From assembly GCA_903828255.1 (NCBI GenBank), contig CAIKLQ010000998.1:3133-67132 (forward strand): a stretch of DNA of 64,000 bases, written 5' to 3'. Below the pieces are notes generated by a model. The model saw only the letters and a list, made by a program, of their open reading frames with translations, made no database searches and was not told where the DNA came from. Made by a program: the position numbers and the translations under genes. Positions within the stretch are counted from its first letter, which is position 1; each line of letters begins with the position of its first letter. Origin of the DNA: an uncultured Verrucomicrobiota bacterium (GTDB taxonomy: Bacteria; Verrucomicrobiota; Verrucomicrobiia; Limisphaerales; JADLHS01). This document shows positions 56,380 through 64,000 of the stretch, piece by piece.

Positions 56380-56740
56380 GCTGAAAGAAATTAGCCGGGA
56401 GTTGAGCGACCCGTGGGAGCGATACCCCCGGTTCGGGCGGAAGAATCTCAGCAACCCGGAGGGATGCCATTACCCCTGCGACCCTACCAGGGTCGTGAAC
56501 CCCGGCGCACATTCCGGGGGTATCGTCGCTCCGCGGTGCGGCGGGGAGCATCTTGACACTGCCCCGAACGATGGGCCGCAAAGCGGCCCAACCTGAATAG
56601 CCGTGGGTGCAAACCCACGGTGAGGTCGTTGAAATGAGTGCGACCCCTGCGGGGTCGAATTGGTTTTTCCGCACAGTCCGTGGGCTGCGCCCACGGCTAT
56701 TCACGTCCTGCCCCTTCGGGGCAATCGGGGGCAGTGTCAA
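56380..56740. repeat. Intergenic block of nested GC-rich palindromes (dispersed-repeat-type structured element)
   Basis: Perfect 13-bp inverted repeat gaatagccgtggg (56595-56607) / cccacggctattc (56690-56702). Hairpins: ccgtgggt-gcaa-acccacgg (56601-56620), cgacccc-tgc-ggggtcg (56641-56657) and ccgtggg-ctgcg-cccacgg (56678-56696). Confidence 0.75.
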
Positions 56741-56939
56741 GAGGCTCGCGATGCGGCGGAGGCGGGAAGAAAAACCTTGCTGGAAACTCGCAAGTCCATT
56801 TTCATGAGCCTATGGAAAGAGCGACACTTGGAGAAATTGGCGATGCACGTCTCCGTGCTCGACTGTCGCCCAACAAAATGTTCCGCAGAAGATCCGAACG
56901 TCTGCACGATACAGCAGATGCGAATAAAGTTCAGAACCC

Positions 56940-57644
56940 ATGAGTACGGCGTTACCACCCAAAATTCCGTCTGATTCTCGGAATTCCATTTTTCATCAGG
57001 CTGCAACGGCAAGTGTGTTTGCTCCTTTGATTGCCATCGGCATCAACATTGCCACAACTGCCAGCCGCACGAATCTAGATCCTCAAACCCAAAGACCAGT
57101 GGCATTGATAGTCGGAATCGTGTGTTCGCTCATCATTCTGATCGGGTTGGTTTGCGGGGTCGCCGCTCTGTTTGGAATTCGCAATCACGGCAAGAAGGGG
57201 ATTCTCGGCAAAGCTTTGTGTGGAATCATGATCCCCTTGTTGCTCGCGGCGATAGCGATTCCCAATTTTAGGGCAGCAAGAGCACGAGCGATGCGGAACA
57301 ATCAGACCCAACTTTCCGTTGATGACCGGGTGCGGGATTTGGCGCACGAGCTCAATAAGCAAGCCACGAAGATGGTTGATGAAGTCACCAGACTGGAAGG
57401 TGTGGAGCCTTTGCCAAACAGAACTCTCTTGTACAAGTATTCACTAATCACAAAAACGGCCTCGGGAATTCCCCTCGACGCGCTTAACCAGCATGTCCGG
57501 CCCGGCGTTGTCAAAAGATACAAGACTCTTCCGGAAATGAAGATTTTCCGTGATAACGGAATTACCATCACATACCAATACAGAGACAAAGAGGGTCAAT
57601 TGATCGGCGATTTTTCCGTTGGCCCAAGCGATCTTGCGCAATAG
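56940..57644 (+). CDS. Membrane protein, hypothetical (3 TM + soluble C-domain), lower-GC gene
   Basis: 234 aa. The third helix, IMIPLLLAAIAIPNFRAARARA, resembles the distal half of a pilin alpha-1 helix but has no G/FTLIE cleavage motif. Visibly lower GC than its neighbours. Confidence 0.55.
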   Translation: MSTALPPKIPSDSRNSIFHQAATASVFAPLIAIGINIATTASRTNLDPQTQRPVALIVGIVCSLIILIGLVCGVAALFGIRNHGKKGILGKALCGIMIPLLLAAIAIPNFRAARARAMRNNQTQLSVDDRVRDLAHELNKQATKMVDEVTRLEGVEPLPNRTLLYKYSLITKTASGIPLDALNQHVRPGVVKRYKTLPEMKIFRDNGITITYQYRDKEGQLIGDFSVGPSDLAQ

Positions 57645-57752
57645 TTCGATAGATGACGGCCCGCGCCCTACGCGCTCAAACCAACGGGGGGACTGTTGTG
57701 GCTGGAATCCCCGCACTCATGGAGCTTTTCCGTTGAACTCACCCACCGCCCT

Positions 57753-59477
57753 TCAACTCGGTCGCCAATCCAGCACCTTCAACTGCACCGTGCGGCGGCC
57801 GTTGTAGTCGTTGGCTTGCGGCGCGAAGGCGAGATCGAACTGGCCGACGGGTTGGGATTCTTTGCCCGCGTTCCACCACACGGCTTCGTGCGCCACCTGG
57901 CCATCCGTGACCCAGAGTTTGACGTGCTGCTTCTCGCCGCCCATGCGCTGGAGCGGGCGCTGCTGCGTGAGGCGGCGGGCGCAGAATTGCACGTTGGGAT
58001 TGCCCATGCCGGTGGGGCGGAGTTGCTCCAGTTCGGCGAGCGCGGGCAGCGTGAGGTCGGCGAGGCGCACTTCGGCGTCGAGGCGCACCGGGGGCTGCAA
58101 ATCCTCGGGCTTCAGCGCGCGGCGGGCGAGTTCGTTCAGGCGCTGGCGGAAGGCGTCGAGGCGGTCGGGGTGAATGGTGATGCCCGCGGCCATCGCGTGA
58201 CCGCCGTGGCGCACGAGCAGGTCGTCACATTCCCGCAGCGCCGCCGCCAGATCGAAGCCGGCAATGCTCCGGCCCGAACCGCGCCAGTTCGCGCCCTCGC
58301 CGCCGACGATGATCGTGGGTCGGTAAAATTCCTGCAACACGCGCGACGCCACAATCCCCACGACGCCGATGTGCCAGAGCAACTGGCCTTCGACGATGAC
58401 GAAGTCGGTCTGCGGATTGAACCGCGCCCGCACCGCGCCGGTGACTTGCTCGACGATGCCGCGCTCGATCTTCTGGCGCTCGCGATTCTGCGCGTCGAGT
58501 TGCTGGGCGATGGGCGCGGCGGTGGCGGCATCGCGGGCGAGGAGCAGTTGGAGGGAGGCTTCGGCGGTTTCGAGACGTCCGGCGGCATTGAGGCGCGGGC
58601 CGAGTTGGAAACCCACTTCGTAAGTGCCGAGCTTGGGCGGACACTGCGCGACTTCCTTCAACGCGACGAGGCCGGGGCGCTGCGTCGTGCTCAAGCGTTC
58701 GAGGCCGGCGGTGACGAGGATGCGATTCTCGCCCGTGAGCGGAACGAGGTCCGCGACGGTGCCGAGCGCGACGAGGTCGAGCAAGGGGCGCAGATCAAAT
58801 TCCGCCGCGCCGGGCAGACCGGTTTCGCGTCCGCGTTTGACGATGGCGTGCGCGAGCTTGAAGGCGAGACCGGCGGAGCAGAGTTCGCGAAAGTCTGGAG
58901 TCTTGAGTCCAGAGTCTTGAGTCAATTGTGGATTGACGAGCGCCACCGCTTCCGGTGCCGGCGAGGAAATCTGGTGATGATCGAGCACGATCACATCCAC
59001 GCCGCGCTGCTTGAGCCAATGGATCGTGTTCACGGCGGTGGAGCCGCAGTCCACGGCGAGCAGCAGGGTCGCGGGAAATTTCTTGAGGCAATTCTCCACG
59101 CCGTCCTGGCTCAAGCCGTAGCCTTCATCCAAGCGGTGCGGCAGATAGGAGTGGGTTTTCCATCCCAGCGCCCCAAGGGTTTCCACCAGCAGCGTGGTGG
59201 AAGTTACGCCGTCCACATCGTAGTCGCCAAAGATGACGAGCGGTTCGGCGCGTTCGCGAGCGAGGAAGAGCCGGTCAACGGCGGCGGCCATGTTCGGCAA
59301 CAGAAACGGATCGGCGAGTTGCTTGAGGCGGGGCTGGAGGAAACTGCGGATGGCTTCCGGTTCGCTCAGCCCACGGTTGAGCAGGCACTGGACGAGCAAC
59401 GGGGAAAGCTTGAGTTTGGCCGCCAACGGGCCAGCCAAGAGCGGCTGGGGCGGGGCGAGTGACCAGCGGTGTTTCAT
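57753..59477 (-). CDS. recJ: Single-stranded-DNA-specific exonuclease RecJ
   Basis: ATG at 59477 (MKHRWSLAP..). Motifs: VIFGDYDVDGVTS, LPHRLDEGYG, VIVLDHHQ, and GGHAMAAG in the DHHA1 domain. The upstream part of the 841-aa track ORF is artefact. Confidence 0.9.
   Translation of the reverse strand: MKHRWSLAPPQPLLAGPLAAKLKLSPLLVQCLLNRGLSEPEAIRSFLQPRLKQLADPFLLPNMAAAVDRLFLARERAEPLVIFGDYDVDGVTSTTLLVETLGALGWKTHSYLPHRLDEGYGLSQDGVENCLKKFPATLLLAVDCGSTAVNTIHWLKQRGVDVIVLDHHQISSPAPEAVALVNPQLTQDSGLKTPDFRELCSAGLAFKLAHAIVKRGRETGLPGAAEFDLRPLLDLVALGTVADLVPLTGENRILVTAGLERLSTTQRPGLVALKEVAQCPPKLGTYEVGFQLGPRLNAAGRLETAEASLQLLLARDAATAAPIAQQLDAQNRERQKIERGIVEQVTGAVRARFNPQTDFVIVEGQLLWHIGVVGIVASRVLQEFYRPTIIVGGEGANWRGSGRSIAGFDLAAALRECDDLLVRHGGHAMAAGITIHPDRLDAFRQRLNELARRALKPEDLQPPVRLDAEVRLADLTLPALAELEQLRPTGMGNPNVQFCARRLTQQRPLQRMGGEKQHVKLWVTDGQVAHEAVWWNAGKESQPVGQFDLAFAPQANDYNGRRTVQLKVLDWRPS
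58892..58926. repeat. Heptanucleotide tandem array inside recJ (agtcNNg, 5 units)
   Basis: agtctgg agtcttg agtccag agtcttg agtcaat on the + strand. Encodes ..LTQDSGLKTPDF.. on the minus strand. Confidence 0.75.
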
Positions 59478-60136
59478 GCGGTAATTCCCAACCAGTTCAG
59501 GATCGTGTGCAGCCAGCCTCCCAAGTGTTTCACGATGAGCGCGCCGAAGATCGCGAAGTAAAGCGTGGCGACGAGGGACGCGAAATAGCCGAACCAAATC
59601 ATCACGCCGTCCGCTTCCATCATGCTCACGGCGACAAGAATGATGCCGTAACTGGGCAGCGCATTCGAGCCAATGAACGGCGGCGACGGCAACGGCAGCG
59701 CCAGCAGGACTGCCATGAATACGATCAGCAGGGCGTGTCCAAGGCGAGCGATCCGCCAACTCATCCAAGCGGTGCGACGCGGGCGGACAACTCTTTCGAG
59801 TTGGCGACAGAACTTCATGCCGCCGGTGAGAATGACGTTTCTGAGTTTGGGCGGCAGCACCCGGTCGCCAAGGAATTTCGGGAGGCGCGGGCGCCGCCCC
59901 AACGCCAACCGCAGCGCCAAGATGCCAACCATCGGCCCCAGCACGGTGCTCATGCCGGGGATGGAAACCCAGGCGATGAACGGCAGGCTGAAAATGATCA
60001 TCACCAGATAAAGTCCGCGACCGTCCGTGCCTTCGAGGACGCGGTTGGCGGTGAGGGGGCCGGGTTCGTGCGCCAGCAAACGGCCCAAGCTCCGTGAGAA
60101 CGGTTCGGGGCTGACGATGGTGCTGTCCGACTGCAT
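59474..60136 (-). CDS. ExoD-family membrane protein
   Basis: GLYLVMIIFSLPFI.. ..LLALPLPSPPFIGSNALPSYGIILVAVSMMEADG follows the ExoD pattern. ATG at 60136 (MQSDSTIV); the track start 60172 is TTG. The stop overlaps the recJ ATG as ATGA. Confidence 0.7.
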   Translation of the reverse strand: MQSDSTIVSPEPFSRSLGRLLAHEPGPLTANRVLEGTDGRGLYLVMIIFSLPFIAWVSIPGMSTVLGPMVGILALRLALGRRPRLPKFLGDRVLPPKLRNVILTGGMKFCRQLERVVRPRRTAWMSWRIARLGHALLIVFMAVLLALPLPSPPFIGSNALPSYGIILVAVSMMEADGVMIWFGYFASLVATLYFAIFGALIVKHLGGWLHTILNWLGITA

Positions 60137-60168
60137 GGGAGCAAAATTCGGGGGAGCCGCTCGGGGAG

Positions 60169-61152
60169 TCAATGCGGCTTGGACTTGCCGCGCGCCAACC
60201 GCGCTTCACGTTTCGCAGCAGCGACCGACAGCGCGATGGCTGTGGCGAGGATCGCGGCCACCACCAACAAGGAAGCACTGCTGGAAATGTCCACCTGGAA
60301 CCATTTTTCCGGCGCCGCGTGCGGGGCGAGCAACATCTTCACGCCGATGAACACGAGCACGAACGAGAGGCCAATCTTGAGGTAGCGAAAATACTCGATG
60401 GCTCCTGCCAGCACGAAATAGAGCGAGCGCAGGCCGAGAATGGCGAACACGTTTGACGTGAAAACGATGAAGGGCTTGGTGGTCACGGCGAAAACGGCGG
60501 GAATGGAATCCACCGCAAAAATCAGATCGGTGGTCTCCACCATCAATAATACCAGCGCCAGCGGGGTCAGCATGAAACCGCCGTCATTGCGGAGGGAAAA
60601 GTTCTGGCCGTGAAAATCGGGCGTGACCCGAAAATACTTTTTGGCCAGCCGGAGGATGAAATTCTTTTCGGGATGAATTTCTTCGTCGCTGACGAAAAGC
60701 ATTTTCACACCGGTGAAGACGAGGAAAGCCCCAAATAGATAGAGGGTCCAGAGGAAGCGTTGGATGAGCACGGCCCCGGCGCCAATCATCAGCCCGCGCA
60801 TGATCAACGCGCCCAAAATGCCCCAGAACAGCACGCGATGCTGATACTGCGACGGCACGCGGAAGTAGGCGAAGATGAGCGCGATGACAAAGACGTTGTC
60901 CATCGAGAGGGACAACTCGATGAGGTAGCCGGTAACGAACTGGACCGCTTCGGTTTTACCCCGCAGTGGCACGAGTGCCGCGGCGAAGAGCATGGACAGC
61001 GTGAACCAAATGGAACTCCAAATGAGCGCTTCCTTGAATTTGACGACGTGGGCCTGGCGATGAAACACGCCCAAGTCCAGCGCCAGGAACAAAACCACGC
61101 ACAGGATGAAACCCGCCCAATGCCAGTGTGTGATTTCAATCGGACCGGGCAT
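60169..61152 (-). CDS. TerC-family integral membrane protein (Alx-like)
   Basis: YLIELSLSMDNVFVIALIF and a second DSIPAVFAVT motif are characteristic of TerC. Confidence 0.85.
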   Translation of the reverse strand: MPGPIEITHWHWAGFILCVVLFLALDLGVFHRQAHVVKFKEALIWSSIWFTLSMLFAAALVPLRGKTEAVQFVTGYLIELSLSMDNVFVIALIFAYFRVPSQYQHRVLFWGILGALIMRGLMIGAGAVLIQRFLWTLYLFGAFLVFTGVKMLFVSDEEIHPEKNFILRLAKKYFRVTPDFHGQNFSLRNDGGFMLTPLALVLLMVETTDLIFAVDSIPAVFAVTTKPFIVFTSNVFAILGLRSLYFVLAGAIEYFRYLKIGLSFVLVFIGVKMLLAPHAAPEKWFQVDISSSASLLVVAAILATAIALSVAAAKREARLARGKSKPH

Positions 61153-61240
61153 GGACTTAGGTCATGTTACCGTCGGTTTTGGGTCTTAATCTTAATCTCC
61201 ATCTCCAAAGCAGAAGCAGATTGCGATTAGGAGCAGGGAA

Positions 61241-63838
61241 TCAAGGTTTCGCCGTCGTAGCCCCGGAAACCGACCCCAAATTTGGCGCCGTCACATGCGA
61301 TCCGATGTTGGGCCGTTGGCCTTTGTGCCACCACAAGACAATGGCGCTCGCGATGTAAATGCTCGAATACGTGCCTGTCAGGATGCCGATGAGGAACGTG
61401 AAGGCGAAGTCGTTGACAGGACCGCCGCCGAAAACGTAGAGCGACAGCGTAGCGAGGAACACCGTGCCGGAGGTGATGATCGTGCGGCTGAAGGTTTGGT
61501 TGAGCGCCGTGTTCATCACTTCGCGGAACGTGCCGCGCACGCCCAGCTTCAAATCTTCGCGGATGCGGTCAAATATGACGATGGTGTCGTTAATGGAGAA
61601 GCCGATGATGGTAAGCACCGCGGCGACGGTCGTCGCATTCAACTCACGCCCGACAAGGAAATACCAACCCATCGTCATCAGGATGTCGTGGATGATCGCG
61701 ATCACGGCACCGACAGCAAAGGAGAATTCGTAGCGGAACGCGACGTAAACCAAAATGCCGAACATGGCGATGATCGCGGCAATGATCGCGGTGTTGCGAA
61801 TCTCCGCGCCAACGGTCGCGCCCACCCGATTCGCACTCTGCACCGAAAATTTGGCGTCCGGGAAATCGGCCTTGATCTGCTCAACCACCTTCTTGGTCGA
61901 TTCTTCGCCGACCTTCTGCTCCTCGACGCGAACGGTGAGCCGAAGCGTCTTCTTGCCGGTGCCGACATCGCGTTGATAGGCGATCAGCGGTTCGCCCACG
62001 CCCGTCTTGGAGATGGACTTGCGCAAATCTGATTCGCCCACAATGTGCGCCTGGTCAACGCTGAGCGTAAGCGTGTCGCCACCGGCAAACTCAACGCCCA
62101 GAACCTCGCCGCCGCGGACGAAGATGCCATAGCCGTTGCCGACGAGAATCAACAGCCACGAGGCCGCGAAAGCTGGCACCGCCCAGCGCATGAAATCAAT
62201 TTTCCCGCCGCGCACGATGTGCAACATCGGCAGGCGTTTGACGAGGTTTTTGCCGAGCAACCAGTCGAACATCAGGCGCGTCACGACCAAGGCGGTGAAC
62301 ATGCTCACCAGCACGCCGATGGTCAGCGTCACCCCGAAGCCTTTGACCGGGCCGGTGCCCATGAAAATCAGAATTACGGACGAGATTAGCGTGGTTAAGT
62401 TGGAGTCGAAGATCGTACCGAACGCCTTGTCGTAACCGGCGGCGATGCCGCCGCTGATGGATTTGCCAGCGGCCAGCTCTTCCCGAATACGTTCGTAGAT
62501 CAGCACGTTCGCGTCCACCGCCATGCCGATGGTGAGCACGACACCCGCGATGCCAGGCAGCGTGAGCGTGGTGCCGATGGAGCACATGACGCCGAGCAGG
62601 ATGATGATGTTGAGCATCAAGGCCGCGTTCGCCACCACGCCCGCCAAGAGGTAATACGCCAGCATGAAGCCTGCGACCAAAATGACGCCGATGATCGAGG
62701 CCTTGATTCCACTCGCGATCGAATCCCGACCGAGCGTAGGATCCACGTCCGTGGAATAGACGATGTGCAACGGGGCGCGGAGGGGATTCTCCAGCACGTT
62801 CGCAAGTTCAAAGGCCTCGCGCCGGTCAAACGATCCGGTGATCTGGCCACTGCCGGTTTCAATCGGGCTTTGAATGTTCGGGGCGGAATAAAGCACGCCG
62901 TCCAAAACGATGGCGAGCCGGCGACCCACATTTTCGCGCGTCACCTGACCAAAGATCGTCGTGCCTTCATCATTCAACCGGAAATTGATCTGGGGTTCGC
63001 CGAAATTGCCCGGAACGACGCCGGCGCTGCGGATGATGTTGCCGGTCAAACCGCGCTCCGCATTTTTCTTAACGATCACCTGCTCCAAACGCTCGCTGCC
63101 GTCGGGGGAGCGATTCTTGCGCTTGAGCAATTCGTAGCCTGGGGGCGGGAGTTCGCCGTTCTTGATGATGTCATCGCTCTGCTCATGCACCATGCGGAAT
63201 TGCAGGAACGCGGCCTGTTGGATTTGCTTTTGCGCGCCTTCCTTGTCTGCTTCCGAGAGGCCGGGGAGTTGAATGAGAATTTGGTTGTTGCCGGCGGGTT
63301 GGATGACTGGCTCGGCCACGCCGAAACGGTCCACGCGTTTGCGCAACACTTCGACGGCTTGCGCGAGCGCCCCTTCCAAGTCTGCCTTGCCGGCCTGATT
63401 GGTGACCGTCACGAGCGTGCCCGAACTATTGGTCACCGTCTCCACGGTTTCCAAGCGATTCGTGTCCATCTCGACGAGGAACGACGTGCCGCCCTGCAGA
63501 TCGAGGCCAAGCTTGATTTTGCCGGCGGCTTCGCGCTGGAGCTTATTCAGAACGTAGGTGTTGGGGTACAGCTCGTTCTTCGTTTCAAAGAACGGAAAGT
63601 ACTTGGCAATGTTGTTCGTGCCCAAAGCGTCCCGGAGGTTGGCAAAGCCGCGCGTCGGGTTCTGGCCGCGCAAGACTTCGGCCTGCTGGACAATGTTGGT
63701 GAACGCCGCGTCTCTGGCGACGGCACGTTCCTGGAAGTATTGAATCAGGTCACGGCTCGCGGGGGGATAGATTTGATAGAACGACCACACCAAAACGATG
63801 AGGACGATGATTAGCCGAGTAACATTGTTGCGCTTCAT
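61241..63838 (-). CDS. secDF: Fused protein translocase subunit SecDF
   Basis: 865 aa. SecD part: LGLDLQGG, ..LEQVIVKK.., ..GIAGVVLTIGMAVDANVLIYERI. SecF part: GVEFAGG, ..INDTIVIFDRIRE. Confidence 0.92.
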   Translation of the reverse strand: MKRNNVTRLIIVLIVLVWSFYQIYPPASRDLIQYFQERAVARDAAFTNIVQQAEVLRGQNPTRGFANLRDALGTNNIAKYFPFFETKNELYPNTYVLNKLQREAAGKIKLGLDLQGGTSFLVEMDTNRLETVETVTNSSGTLVTVTNQAGKADLEGALAQAVEVLRKRVDRFGVAEPVIQPAGNNQILIQLPGLSEADKEGAQKQIQQAAFLQFRMVHEQSDDIIKNGELPPPGYELLKRKNRSPDGSERLEQVIVKKNAERGLTGNIIRSAGVVPGNFGEPQINFRLNDEGTTIFGQVTRENVGRRLAIVLDGVLYSAPNIQSPIETGSGQITGSFDRREAFELANVLENPLRAPLHIVYSTDVDPTLGRDSIASGIKASIIGVILVAGFMLAYYLLAGVVANAALMLNIIILLGVMCSIGTTLTLPGIAGVVLTIGMAVDANVLIYERIREELAAGKSISGGIAAGYDKAFGTIFDSNLTTLISSVILIFMGTGPVKGFGVTLTIGVLVSMFTALVVTRLMFDWLLGKNLVKRLPMLHIVRGGKIDFMRWAVPAFAASWLLILVGNGYGIFVRGGEVLGVEFAGGDTLTLSVDQAHIVGESDLRKSISKTGVGEPLIAYQRDVGTGKKTLRLTVRVEEQKVGEESTKKVVEQIKADFPDAKFSVQSANRVGATVGAEIRNTAIIAAIIAMFGILVYVAFRYEFSFAVGAVIAIIHDILMTMGWYFLVGRELNATTVAAVLTIIGFSINDTIVIFDRIREDLKLGVRGTFREVMNTALNQTFSRTIITSGTVFLATLSLYVFGGGPVNDFAFTFLIGILTGTYSSIYIASAIVLWWHKGQRPNIGSHVTAPNLGSVSGATTAKP

Positions 63839-63854
63839 GAGATGATGAGAAAAA

Positions 63855-64000
63855 TCAGGCTTCGATAGGTTCGCCGCTGCTTTCGATTGAAGCGACGGCG
63901 GCTTTGGTGATTTCCAGCTTGGAGGCGTCGGATTTGATGATAATGGTTTTTTCCTTCACAGTTTCGACCATTCCCACCAAACCTGCGGAAGTGATGACCC
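63855..64000 (-). CDS. yajC: Preprotein translocase subunit YajC, C-terminal part (gene runs off the window end)
   Basis: The reverse complement reads ..VITSAGLVGMVETVKEKTIIIKSDASKLEITKAAVASIESSGEPIEA*. It has the YajC pattern (G..V.T.gGi.G.V..v) and sits directly upstream of secDF. Confidence 0.7.
   Translation of the reverse strand, partial: VITSAGLVGMVETVKEKTIIIKSDASKLEITKAAVASIESSGEPIEA

Noticed and set aside
61153-61240. yybP-ykoY (Mn2+) riboswitch upstream of the TerC-family gene
   Set aside because: The spacer is only 88 nt and lacks the conserved GGGGAGUAG / GAGAGACAU-type segments. The gene is probably co-transcribed with secDF.

Overview
GC-rich (about 60-65% by eye) bacterial chromosomal window, probably from the PVC superphylum (Verrucomicrobiota-like). 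Support: three orphan prepilin-type proteins with the N-terminus [25 protein letters not shown], a DUF1080 protein, xylose-isomerase-like TIM barrels, fused SecDF and a 1564-aa secreted CBM-rich protein. I can support about 55 protein genes and found no rRNA, tRNA or CRISPR. Main blocks: (1) 1-5218, minus-strand envelope lipoprotein cluster (LpoB-like, YcfL, COG3014, CsgG-like, PEGA). (2) 5219-6822, a 1.6-kb non-coding, repeat-dense region. (3) 6823-21531, housekeeping and accessory genes (MFS, M64 peptidase, MarC, lysC, GNAT, Rsm22-like, lipid kinase). (4) 21.6-23.7 kb, a decayed mobile-element remnant (integrase fragment, RHH antitoxin, broken GNAT toxin). (5) 23713-33722, the most interesting locus: a periplasmic NXR/pNAR-type (type II DMSO-reductase family) molybdoenzyme in the order gamma-alpha-orf-beta-delta, followed by an HExxH protein, MOSC and MobA. 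(6) 33776-37455, three tandem CNNM/CorC paralogs. (7) 41-50.5 kb, an AraC-associated locus for a giant secreted carbohydrate-binding protein. (8) 54.5-56.4 kb, a PlsC-like acyltransferase coupled to a sphingomyelin-synthase-like PAP2_C protein. (9) 57.7-64 kb, recJ-exoD-terC and secDF-yajC. Short heptanucleotide tandem arrays and GC-rich palindromic elements recur throughout, several of them in frame inside conserved genes. Many long ORFs in the track are antisense or high-GC artefacts and were rejected. Start codons are chosen by eye and may be off by tens of nt. All family calls come from motif recognition, not searches.
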